DNA of 64,000 bases from an uncultured bacterium (GTDB lineage Bacteria; UBA8481). The notes beneath the pieces are model-generated. The model worked only from the letters and a program-made list of their open reading frames with translations. It made no database searches and had not been told where the DNA came from. Positions within the stretch are counted from its first letter, which is position 1. Each line of letters opens with the position of its first letter. Both the position numbers and the translations under genes were made by a program. The DNA lies in contig CAZCME010000002.1 of assembly GCA_964499705.1 (NCBI GenBank), positions 310,001 through 374,000 of the forward strand, read 5' to 3'. Of the stretch, positions 40,329 to 48,408 are shown in pieces.

Positions 40329-40421
40329 CGGAGAGGGAGGGATTCGAACCCTCGGTACCAGCTTTATACCAGTACATCGGTTTAGCAAACCGACGCCTTA
40401 AACCGACTCGGCCACCTCTCC
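40329..40421 (-). tRNA. tRNA-Ser(GCT)
   Basis: GGAGAGG/CCTCTCC acceptor stem, anticodon arm TCGGT-TTGCTAA-ACCGA, long variable arm, GGTTCGAATCC; CCA not encoded. Confidence 0.96.
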
Positions 40422-40470
40422 TTGTTCGGAAGAATTGTAGGGTTCTTTTGCTGATGCGGCAACGCCGGCA

Positions 40471-41256
40471 TCAATCCTTTCCTGTCTCGTTCAGAGCCCA
40501 GTCATAATCGAGATGTTGCACCTTCCACACGCCCCGGCGGAGATCGGACTGCGCGGCGGGATCGGAGATATACTTCGCGAGAAAACCGGGAAGGCTTCCC
40601 TCGTTCGCGATGAAGTCGTCCTTGTACCAGTCGAAGAGCCTGGAGAGGGAGAGGATCTTCTTTGTGTAATCGATCGTTGTCCGCTTCGGATCTCCGATGA
40701 ATTTCGTGGTCACCTCGATCAGATCCTGCCTGATGACGAGCCCGTTGTAGGCGCGATTGATCAGAGGTGGACAACCTTTCGCGGCGCAGACCAGAGCGAA
40801 GTGGACCCGCGCGTCCTTCCACGTCGGCCGGATGATCTTGTGCTCGATGTCGTTCAAAGAGACGTTCTCGCCGCCCACCCGCCATGTGTTCCTGTCCCAG
40901 ACTTCAGGAATGTCCTTGATTGATTTAATGGGATAAGCGTCCAGTATGCTTTTCAGCGTGATGGCATTATAGGCATTGATATAGAAAGCCAGCTTCGTAT
41001 TGCTCTGCATTCGAGCCACAGGAGCCGTCGCGAAAGAAGCGACATACAGGTCGAGCGCCTCTCGATCGGCCGGCGCTTTTTTCCAGTCGCGATACCGGAC
41101 GCGACCGTTCACCACGTATTTTCGGAGAAGCGCGTCGTATTTCAGGTGATCGAAGGATGCGGATGGCACTCGGGTCTCGCTACGACCCGGCGAAGCCGCC
41201 AGGAATCCTGCCGCCAGAGCGAGGACGATGAAACCAATGCGGGTCATTCGCTGCAT
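40471..41256 (-). CDS. DUF547 domain secreted protein
   Basis: Signal peptide; LAFYINAYNA, SLNDIEH, DARVHFALVCAAKGCP, LSRLFDWYKDDF, YDWALN. Confidence 0.9.
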   Translation of the reverse strand: MQRMTRIGFIVLALAAGFLAASPGRSETRVPSASFDHLKYDALLRKYVVNGRVRYRDWKKAPADREALDLYVASFATAPVARMQSNTKLAFYINAYNAITLKSILDAYPIKSIKDIPEVWDRNTWRVGGENVSLNDIEHKIIRPTWKDARVHFALVCAAKGCPPLINRAYNGLVIRQDLIEVTTKFIGDPKRTTIDYTKKILSLSRLFDWYKDDFIANEGSLPGFLAKYISDPAAQSDLRRGVWKVQHLDYDWALNETGKD

Positions 41257-41393
41257 GGGAGGAGTATAGGGGTCATTCTCCTACATTGCTACATTGATAA
41301 ATATGGTACTTACGACCCAGGCGAGAAGTCGTCGAAACCCGGCGTTTATATAAGTCTATAATTCAGAATGAGACAATTCTGGAGAATGACCCC

Positions 41394-42701
41394 TTGATTC
41401 GCTGGGCCGAACGCTTCATCGCGACACCTTCCGTTTCGACGGATGGGAATCTTGCGATCGCGGAACAGGCGGCGATCCTGCTGCAGGAGCTCGGATTTGC
41501 TCCCAGGATCGAGATGACTCTTCACGAGGGAGTCGAGCAGGCCAATGTCGTCGCGGAGGCGGGCCGTGGTGAAGATCCCGGTGTGCTGCTCCTGACGCAC
41601 CTGGATACAGTGCCGCCGGGCGATCATGCCGCGTGGACCGCGACCGGCGGGGATCCGTTTCGTCCCACGCGAGAGGGAGACAAGTTGTTCGGGCTGGGTT
41701 CCGCCGACGCCAAGGTGGATTTCGTCTGCAAGGCGTTTGCGCTCGCTTCGCTGGAGCCCGACTGCCTGAAGCGCCGCGTCCGGATCGCGGGAACATTCGG
41801 CGAGGAGATAGGATTGCTCGGCACGCGCTACCTGCTTCTCAGCGAGGGAACGAAGGGTTTTGGATATGCGCTCGTGAGCGAACCATCCGAGCTGTCCTGC
41901 GTTCATGCTCATAAGGGCTACAAGGCCGTGCAGGTCAGGATTCCGCTTATTGAAAATACATTACCGAAGCGAGTTACGGTGACTCGCCATGTTTTCACCG
42001 GAGTGGCGGCTCATTCGAGCACGCCTCACCTTGGAATAAACGCGATCGAGGCGGCTCTGGAATCCGTGGCTCACGGCGATATCTTCGGCATCAGGAATCT
42101 GCAGGGTGGCAGAGCCCGCAACCAGGTACCGGATCAATGTTCCATGGAAATCGTCACGCCGTCCGGGGAGGAAGGCACGGTTTCGGATGCTCCCAGCTAT
42201 GCCGTGGAGCCCCTTGTGAATTTTCACGCCACGTGGAAACATTTTCTCACACTGTTGACCGGCGCCTTCGACGAAGAGTTCGATCCCGCGTGTTCCGTCG
42301 CCAGCCTCAACCTCGTGTCCATCGAGAACGGCGAAGCGCGCATGACGTTCGATCTCCGCACGCTGCCCGGATTCAACGCGGAAGAATTCACGGGAATGCT
42401 CGATGCGGTGGGCCGCGTTTCCGTGCTTCACGCCGATCCGCCGATGGAGAGCGACAAGGACGGATTCCTCGTGCGGGCGGTTCTGCGGGCGCAGGACAAG
42501 GTCGGCTGGAGGGCTGGCCTTGCGACGAAGAGCACGTGCACGGAAGGCGGAATTTTGTCGGCGGCGGGAATCGAAACCGTTGTCATGGGACCGGGCCTGT
42601 CGAGGGGCAATGTGCACAAGCCGAACGAGCATACCCTGGTCTCTCAACTGGGGACGGCCCGGGACCTGTATGCTGAGATTCTTCGGATCCTGGCATGTTG
42701 A
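41394..42701 (+). CDS. M20 metallopeptidase, ArgE/DapE-like deacylase
   Basis: THLDTVP, GLGSADAK, GEEIG, SEPS, AAHSSTP..GINA, TEGG, GPG...VHKPNE. Confidence 0.85.
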   Translation: MIRWAERFIATPSVSTDGNLAIAEQAAILLQELGFAPRIEMTLHEGVEQANVVAEAGRGEDPGVLLLTHLDTVPPGDHAAWTATGGDPFRPTREGDKLFGLGSADAKVDFVCKAFALASLEPDCLKRRVRIAGTFGEEIGLLGTRYLLLSEGTKGFGYALVSEPSELSCVHAHKGYKAVQVRIPLIENTLPKRVTVTRHVFTGVAAHSSTPHLGINAIEAALESVAHGDIFGIRNLQGGRARNQVPDQCSMEIVTPSGEEGTVSDAPSYAVEPLVNFHATWKHFLTLLTGAFDEEFDPACSVASLNLVSIENGEARMTFDLRTLPGFNAEEFTGMLDAVGRVSVLHADPPMESDKDGFLVRAVLRAQDKVGWRAGLATKSTCTEGGILSAAGIETVVMGPGLSRGNVHKPNEHTLVSQLGTARDLYAEILRILAC

Positions 42702-43612
42702 AAACTCCTGCGCTTCTCATGGGCGATCCGGCTTATTTCTCCGTCGTGGGCGGCGCGAATCCCCATACGCGCGATCGCTGGGGACGCCGAAAGCGTGTGG
42801 ACCGGGCACTGGCGATTCGCCAATGGCGCGGCCTGCATGACCTGCTGTCGGAATTCGGGTTTCGCATCCACGTGATTCCGCCCGATCCGGCGCTCCCCGG
42901 CCTCGTCTACCCCGCCAATGCCGGCGTCCGGATCGGTTCCGACTTCATCCTGTCGAATCTCATCGCGACACGCGCGGCGGAACGGGATGTGTATGCCCGC
43001 ATTGTGGAAGCGGCAGGTTTGCGTTGTCGCACCATCGCCAGGAGATTCGAAGGGGAAGCGGATCTATTCCCGGCGGGCGGCCATTACCTTTACACCTCAG
43101 GCGAACTTCGGGACCAGAGATTCCAGTTCCGCTTCGGATTCCCGCCCTGGAAACGCGTCTACGGTTTCCGAAGCGAACCTGCCGCGATCGATGAGATCTC
43201 CCGACTCTTCCCGCCGGGCCCTACCCTGAGGTTGAAGCTTGTTGACGAACAGTTCTACCATGGAGATACATGTCTCTGTTCCTATGGTCCCCATCGTGAA
43301 TTTCTGCTCGCCTGGCTTCCCGCGCTGTCCCCGGAATCCCGCCTCCTGCTGGCGAATGTGTATGCCAAGAACCTGACGGCATTGGAAGAAAGTGATGCGA
43401 TGCTGTATGCCGCGAATTCCTTTGCATTCTCCCGGGATGATAAATTCTATCTTGTCCTGCCGAAGGGCGCGTCCCGGCAGCTCGTTCGCTCCCTTCGGGA
43501 CAACGGCATTTCCATTCTCACGGTGGATGTATCCGAATTTCTGAGGAAGGGCGGAGGGTCCGTTAAATGCATGATCGGCGATCTTGGAATCCTTCCGGAA
43601 TCGGCTCCATGA
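42695..43612 (+). CDS. Amidinotransferase/pentein-family hydrolase (arginine deiminase/DDAH-like)
   Basis: A..QW..L, LPGLVYPANAG, FEGEAD, FYHGDTC, SEFLRKGGGSVKCM. Confidence 0.85.
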   Translation: MLKTPALLMGDPAYFSVVGGANPHTRDRWGRRKRVDRALAIRQWRGLHDLLSEFGFRIHVIPPDPALPGLVYPANAGVRIGSDFILSNLIATRAAERDVYARIVEAAGLRCRTIARRFEGEADLFPAGGHYLYTSGELRDQRFQFRFGFPPWKRVYGFRSEPAAIDEISRLFPPGPTLRLKLVDEQFYHGDTCLCSYGPHREFLLAWLPALSPESRLLLANVYAKNLTALEESDAMLYAANSFAFSRDDKFYLVLPKGASRQLVRSLRDNGISILTVDVSEFLRKGGGSVKCMIGDLGILPESAP

Positions 43613-45072
43613 AAGTCGGCGGTATCGATTACAATGATGACGTGAGTGAAAATCGGCCGAGCTCCGTTTCGCCGAAGACCGTGGGGGAACGCATGCGCGC
43701 GGACCCTCTTCTCCTCAACGCCTGTGATGAGATCCGCCGCCGCGTATCGGTATACAGGAACGAGATCGCATCCGTCCGGCCGCCGCTTGATTCCCTGAGG
43801 ATGGACTACGAAACCGCCATCAGGACCTTCGAGGAGGAACGCGGAGCCGCGTTGTTTTATCCTTTCCTTGGAAGCGGAATCGGACACGGAGCGTACGTGG
43901 AACTTTCCGACGGCAGCATCAAGTACGATTTCATCTCCGGGATCGGAGCGCATGTTCTCGGGCATGACCATCCTGAGCTCCTGGAGGCTTCTCTCAAGGC
44001 GGCGGTATCGGACACCGTGATGCAGGGCAATCTGCAGCAGAATCGCGAATCGTCCGAGCTCGCGGGACTTCTCCTGAACGAAGCGGATCGCTCGGGTGCC
44101 CGGATGGCGCACTGCTTTCTCTCGTCGAGCGGAGCGATGGCCAACGAAAACGCGCTGAAGATCATCCTGCAGAAGAAACATCCGGCCAGGAGGATGCTGG
44201 CGTTTGATCGCGCGTTCGCCGGGCGGACGACGGCCCTCCTTTCGATCACGGACAATCCCGGATGCCGTGAAGGGATCCCGGTTCTCATGGATGTGGATCG
44301 CGTGCCCTTCCATGACGAGACCGATCCCGACGGAAGCAGCGCGCGCGCGGAACACAGGTTGCGGGAACTTCTGGAAACGCATCCCGGGGAATATGCGGGC
44401 ATGCACCTGGAACTGGTCCAGGGAGAAGCCGGATTTCACCCGGGCACAAGAGCCTTTTTCACGCCGCTCCTCGATCTGCTGAAGCAGCATCATATTGCGA
44501 TCTGGTTCGACGAGATCCAGACGCTCGGCCGCACGACGGAGCTCTTCGCATACCAGCACTTCGGCCTGGATGAATATCCCGACCTGGTGACACTGGGGAA
44601 ACTCTCGCCCGTCTGCGCCACGCTTTTTCGCGAGGAGTATCGACCGCGGCCCGGGCTCATCAGCCAGACATTCACCTCGTCCACGGCTTCTCTCTTTGCC
44701 TCGCTTCACATCCTCCCCTATCTCCGTAACGCAGGCTTCTTCGGAGCGGACGGCAGGATCGCGACACTGTCGCGTGTCTTTCAATCGAGGCTGTCCGAAC
44801 TGGCGGCTCGTCATCCCCGCCTTGTGCGCGGGCCCTTCGGATACGGCATGATGATCGCCTGCACGGTCTTCGACGGCGATCCCGCGAGAACAAGGACATT
44901 TCTTAAGAAACTCTTCGAAGCCGGCGTCATTGCCTTTTACGCGGGAATCTCCCCTCTTCGCGTCCGATTCCTTCCTCCTTTCGCGGTCCTCGACGAGACG
45001 GATATCCAGGTCGTCTGCGATATTTTCGAATCCACGCTTCTGACCTGCGAGGAGGAAGCCTCATGCTCGTGA
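43609..45072 (+). CDS. Class III PLP aminotransferase (ArgD/AstC-like)
   Basis: YDFISGIG..LGH.HP, SGAMANENALK, FAGRT, ELVQGEAG, FDEIQT.GRT, VTLGK. Confidence 0.88.
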   Translation: MKVGGIDYNDDVSENRPSSVSPKTVGERMRADPLLLNACDEIRRRVSVYRNEIASVRPPLDSLRMDYETAIRTFEEERGAALFYPFLGSGIGHGAYVELSDGSIKYDFISGIGAHVLGHDHPELLEASLKAAVSDTVMQGNLQQNRESSELAGLLLNEADRSGARMAHCFLSSSGAMANENALKIILQKKHPARRMLAFDRAFAGRTTALLSITDNPGCREGIPVLMDVDRVPFHDETDPDGSSARAEHRLRELLETHPGEYAGMHLELVQGEAGFHPGTRAFFTPLLDLLKQHHIAIWFDEIQTLGRTTELFAYQHFGLDEYPDLVTLGKLSPVCATLFREEYRPRPGLISQTFTSSTASLFASLHILPYLRNAGFFGADGRIATLSRVFQSRLSELAARHPRLVRGPFGYGMMIACTVFDGDPARTRTFLKKLFEAGVIAFYAGISPLRVRFLPPFAVLDETDIQVVCDIFESTLLTCEEEASCS

Positions 45073-46073
45073 TCCGGCCGGTTCTTCCCGGTGACGTGGA
45101 CGCCATTCTTCACCTCGCATCGCTGACGGGATACGGTCTCACGACTCTTCCGAACGATCGTAAGATCATCTTGCGGCGGATCCAGGAAGCTCGGCGAGGC
45201 TTCGAACGCATGGAGGAGGCTCCCCGGGGCGAGTCGTATTTCTTCGTGATGGAGGATGTATCCACGGGCCGCATCGGCGGAACGTGCGGCATCGTGTCCA
45301 AGGTGGGCGGATTCGAGCCTTTCTATGCGTACGAGGTCCGCACCGCGGTTCATGAATCGGATTCGCTGGGCGTCCGGAAGGAAATCCGAACGCTTCATCT
45401 CGTCGAGGAACATAACGGCCCGTGCGAGATCGGCAGCCTGTTTCTCGCCCCGGAATTCCGCGGCGGCGGCCGGGGACGCTTTTTATCCCTCGCGCGCTTT
45501 CTCTTCATGGCCGAGCATCCGGATTATTTCGATCCGATCGTGATCGCGGAAATGCGTGGAGTCATCGATGCCGGGGGCCGCTCGCCCTTCTGGGACGCGC
45601 TGGGCCGTCACTTCTTCGAGGTCGAATTCCCCACGGCCGATGCGCTCTCGTTCCAGAACAAGAAGTTCATCGCCGATCTGATGCCGAAGCATCCGATCTA
45701 CATACCGCTGCTTCCGCGCGAAGCGCAGGAGGTTATCGGCAAGGTCAACGACGCGACGCGGCCCGCCCTGTCGATACTCGAACGCGAGGGATTCGAGTTC
45801 AACGGCATGGTGGATATCTTCGAGGCGGGGCCGGTAATCCAGGCTCATCGAGATTCCATCCGGACAGTGCGTGAGAGCCGGCGAGCGGCCATTGTGGAGA
45901 TAAGAGAGCTTCCCGCGAATACGGAACCCATGCTGGTCTGCAGCACGGTTCCAGATTTCCGGGCCATCATGACTCCGCTTTCGACCGTGAACGGGGGCGT
46001 GCGGCTGGCGGCGGATGGCGCCGCGGCTCTGAATGTCTCCGTGGGTTCGACCGTTCGTTACGTCGCGTTGTAG
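45063..46073 (+). CDS. astA: Arginine N-succinyltransferase
   Basis: MLVIRP, GLTTLP, YFFVMED, EIGSLFL, LSLARFLFMA, IAEMRG, SPFWDALGRHFF, FIADLMPKHPIY, VDIFEAGP. Confidence 0.93.
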   Translation: MLVIRPVLPGDVDAILHLASLTGYGLTTLPNDRKIILRRIQEARRGFERMEEAPRGESYFFVMEDVSTGRIGGTCGIVSKVGGFEPFYAYEVRTAVHESDSLGVRKEIRTLHLVEEHNGPCEIGSLFLAPEFRGGGRGRFLSLARFLFMAEHPDYFDPIVIAEMRGVIDAGGRSPFWDALGRHFFEVEFPTADALSFQNKKFIADLMPKHPIYIPLLPREAQEVIGKVNDATRPALSILEREGFEFNGMVDIFEAGPVIQAHRDSIRTVRESRRAAIVEIRELPANTEPMLVCSTVPDFRAIMTPLSTVNGGVRLAADGAAALNVSVGSTVRYVAL

Positions 46074-46083
46074 CGCTTCTTAA

Positions 46084-46884
46084 TTACTTTCTATCCGTGC
46101 TCTCGAAGATCTTGTCGGCGGATTTCTCCACGAATCCCTCGAAGATCCTGCCGTTCGGGAGCGTGTATCTCCGGGCGAACTCATAGTAACAACCGGGGAC
46201 TTCGATCGTCCCTTCCTCGAACTCGACGGCAACATGCGCGGCCCGCGTGGAGGACTGCTCGAGATAGACTTCATACGATCCCTTGATCTCCCCGCCTTCC
46301 GCGTTCAGGCTGAATCCATTCTCCTTCAGAAATTCGTTGAACGATTCGAGATCGGAAAAAGTTTTCAACGCGTTGAAGCTCACCGTGAAATGATTGGCGC
46401 GGAAGCCGAAGGCCGAGAGCCAGGCGGCATACTCGCTTTCACGCCGCAGCTCCTCGTAGGTTTCGTAGGAAGGAAGCCAGGGTCGTCCGCTCACGCAGAA
46501 ATCCGGATGGAGGGGCGCGTGCATGTCCATGCCCGAAAGGAGTTCGCGGGCGAGCTCGGCAAGGCGGTCGGAACAGTCCTCCAGTTTCAACTCGCTGATG
46601 AAGACCCGCGGCAGATCGGGTGTCGGCGGATCGAAATGGCGCGCAAAAAGTTTCTTCGCGGGAAAGGAATAAGCTCCGCCCGCCTTGTACCCATGCTCCA
46701 CGAATTCGCGGGCCAGCACGTCGACGCCGACCAGAGGATGATCGAACGTGCGGAAGGCGATGTGATCGTTGACGATGCTCTCGCCGCGCTCCGATAGAAG
46801 CTCATGAATTCTTGATGCCTGGGGATTGAGACCGGAATAATCGTCCCACAACCGTTCCAGTAATGACCGCAACTCCACCGACAT
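46084..46884 (-). CDS. DUF1338 domain protein (VOC-fold, 2-oxoadipate dioxygenase-like family)
   Basis: IVNDHIAFRTF, KKLFARHF, PRVFISEL, ESEYAAW...GFRANHFTVS, LEQSST, YYEFARRY. Confidence 0.88.
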   Translation of the reverse strand: MSVELRSLLERLWDDYSGLNPQASRIHELLSERGESIVNDHIAFRTFDHPLVGVDVLAREFVEHGYKAGGAYSFPAKKLFARHFDPPTPDLPRVFISELKLEDCSDRLAELARELLSGMDMHAPLHPDFCVSGRPWLPSYETYEELRRESEYAAWLSAFGFRANHFTVSFNALKTFSDLESFNEFLKENGFSLNAEGGEIKGSYEVYLEQSSTRAAHVAVEFEEGTIEVPGCYYEFARRYTLPNGRIFEGFVEKSADKIFESTDRK

Positions 46885-46953
46885 GCCGCACCTCCCCGCT
46901 CAGGCGATATCTTATTCTACACCATCGGACGTGCCTGCGCAGGAGGCCCGCGC

Positions 46954-46982
46954 AAAAAAAAGCCCCGGGATTTCCCCGGGGC
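46954..46982 (-). terminator. Rho-independent terminator
   Basis: Minus strand GCCCCGGG-GAAAT-CCCGGGGC followed by T8, just after the 46997-47329 gene. Confidence 0.85.
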
Positions 46983-46996
46983 GTGGAACGTGCAGA

Positions 46997-47329
46997 TCAG
47001 AACTTCGAGGCGATGGCGGCCGCGATCTTCCTGGCTTCCTCCTTGTTGTCCGCGCGAACCGTGGTGTATGTCCAGCTCTTGAACTCATCGTTGCTGACCT
47101 TGATGGTCCTACCGTCCGCGTTCTTGAGCGTGAAGGATCCGTTCACGGCGCTGTGGCAATCGTCGACGATCGTGTAGCCCAGTTCCTGGAATACGCCGCG
47201 CGATGCTTCGCAGACGGCGACATGCCTTGCCATGACGATCTCGACAGCGGCCTGGTCCTCCGCTGCAATGGCCGGGACGGCGATTCCGATCGCGAGAGCC
47301 GCGATCAAGGCGATAAAGATGGTTTTCAT
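46997..47329 (-). CDS. Small secreted hypothetical protein
   Basis: Signal peptide MKTIFIALIAALAIGIAVPAIA; SD AGGAG; own terminator. Confidence 0.75.
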   Translation of the reverse strand: MKTIFIALIAALAIGIAVPAIAAEDQAAVEIVMARHVAVCEASRGVFQELGYTIVDDCHSAVNGSFTLKNADGRTIKVSNDEFKSWTYTTVRADNKEEARKIAAAIASKF

Positions 47330-47413
47330 TTTAATTCTCCTGTTGATTCCTGTGACAGGGGGCGCATGCCCCGACGTGCTACGACCGACTTTTCCTGAGG
47401 GAGGCAGGTCGGT

Positions 47414-47827
47414 TTAAATGCGGAGAATGCGGTTTTTCAGGTATACGGGATGGTCGGTATCGGCAAATGTCGTGATGCGGTGCGAGAAGATCGCCTGTTC
47501 GGCGGATGAAATGCCCGCGGGGATCATCATCGTCCCATCCTCGCGATGCATCTTCTTCGACTGGAGATGGTCCGGGATCGTCATGACGAGATCCGACGAT
47601 GCCGTCATATCACAGGGAAGTTCCTGCACGGTCACATCGGCGGGAGCCGCGGCATGGCACGATTCCATCGCTCGATCCATCGAGGAAGGGGCGCAGCACG
47701 CCATCATGCCGCTCTCGTCCGCCGCGCAGGATCCGCAGATCGGATTGAACGCTGCCATCAGGAGAGCAACGAACGCCAGCCATGCTGTGATCTTTGAATC
47801 GTGTCCGGTTCGCTTATTCATGATCAT
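47414..47827 (-). CDS. Cys/Met-rich exported leader-like protein ending HPVYLKNRILRI
   Basis: Hydrophobic N-terminus, CGSC/MMACC/SCH clusters; start uncertain (47821/47827/47833). Confidence 0.6.
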   Translation of the reverse strand: MIMNKRTGHDSKITAWLAFVALLMAAFNPICGSCAADESGMMACCAPSSMDRAMESCHAAAPADVTVQELPCDMTASSDLVMTIPDHLQSKKMHREDGTMMIPAGISSAEQAIFSHRITTFADTDHPVYLKNRILRI

Positions 47828-47947
47828 GCACATGGTAGCAGCCCGGCGCTTCCTGTGTTGTGACCTCCAGCACAACTATGTGATAAAAGTGATAAAAACG
47901 CGGAGATGGGAATGGGACCCTGCTCCGCGTCATGTTTTCGCTCTTTC

Positions 47948-48379
47948 TCAGCTCGCGTGGTGCATGGAGCCGCAGGAGCATTCTCCCTTGCCTGTGGAAC
48001 AATGTTCGCACGTGCAGTCCGGTTCGTCTTTGGCGCAGGTGCAAGCCATCTTGATATCCTTCGCCGGGCTTGTTGCCGGAGCTCCACCCGCGGACGGTTT
48101 TGCGGGCACGAGGTTCATGCCGCACTTCGGGCATTTCGCCTTCGGATCGTCCATCATCACTTCCGGATGCATGGGACACGTGTACTTCATCCCGGACACG
48201 GCCGGCTTCGTGTCGCTCATCATCGATGCCGTGTCCGTCGCCGCGGCCGGCTCCGGTTGTGAAGCAGGCGCCGGTGCGACGACCGCTTCGGGCGTCGGGG
48301 CAGGCGGCTGTGTCGAGCCGCCGCAAGCTGAAACCAGGATCGCCGAAGCGATCGCCATAACGAATAAGCCATTCTTCAT
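47948..48379 (-). CDS. Heavy-metal-binding lipoprotein with Cys-rich tail
   Basis: SD GGAGG, lipobox LVSAC; YTCPMHPEV...CPKCGMNL; tail CTC...CTCEHC...CSCG. Confidence 0.8.
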   Translation of the reverse strand: MKNGLFVMAIASAILVSACGGSTQPPAPTPEAVVAPAPASQPEPAAATDTASMMSDTKPAVSGMKYTCPMHPEVMMDDPKAKCPKCGMNLVPAKPSAGGAPATSPAKDIKMACTCAKDEPDCTCEHCSTGKGECSCGSMHHAS

Positions 48380-48408
48380 GGAAACCTCCATAGATTTTAT
48401 TGATTCTT

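Noticed and set aside
40258-40377. N-terminal extension of the 135-aa ORF 39970-40377
   Set aside because: Overlaps tRNA-Ser; only the part from about 40257 looks like protein
40329-40421. tRNA-anchored genomic island or prophage at tRNA-Ser or tRNA-Val
   Set aside because: No integrase and no duplicated tRNA 3' end noticed in the window
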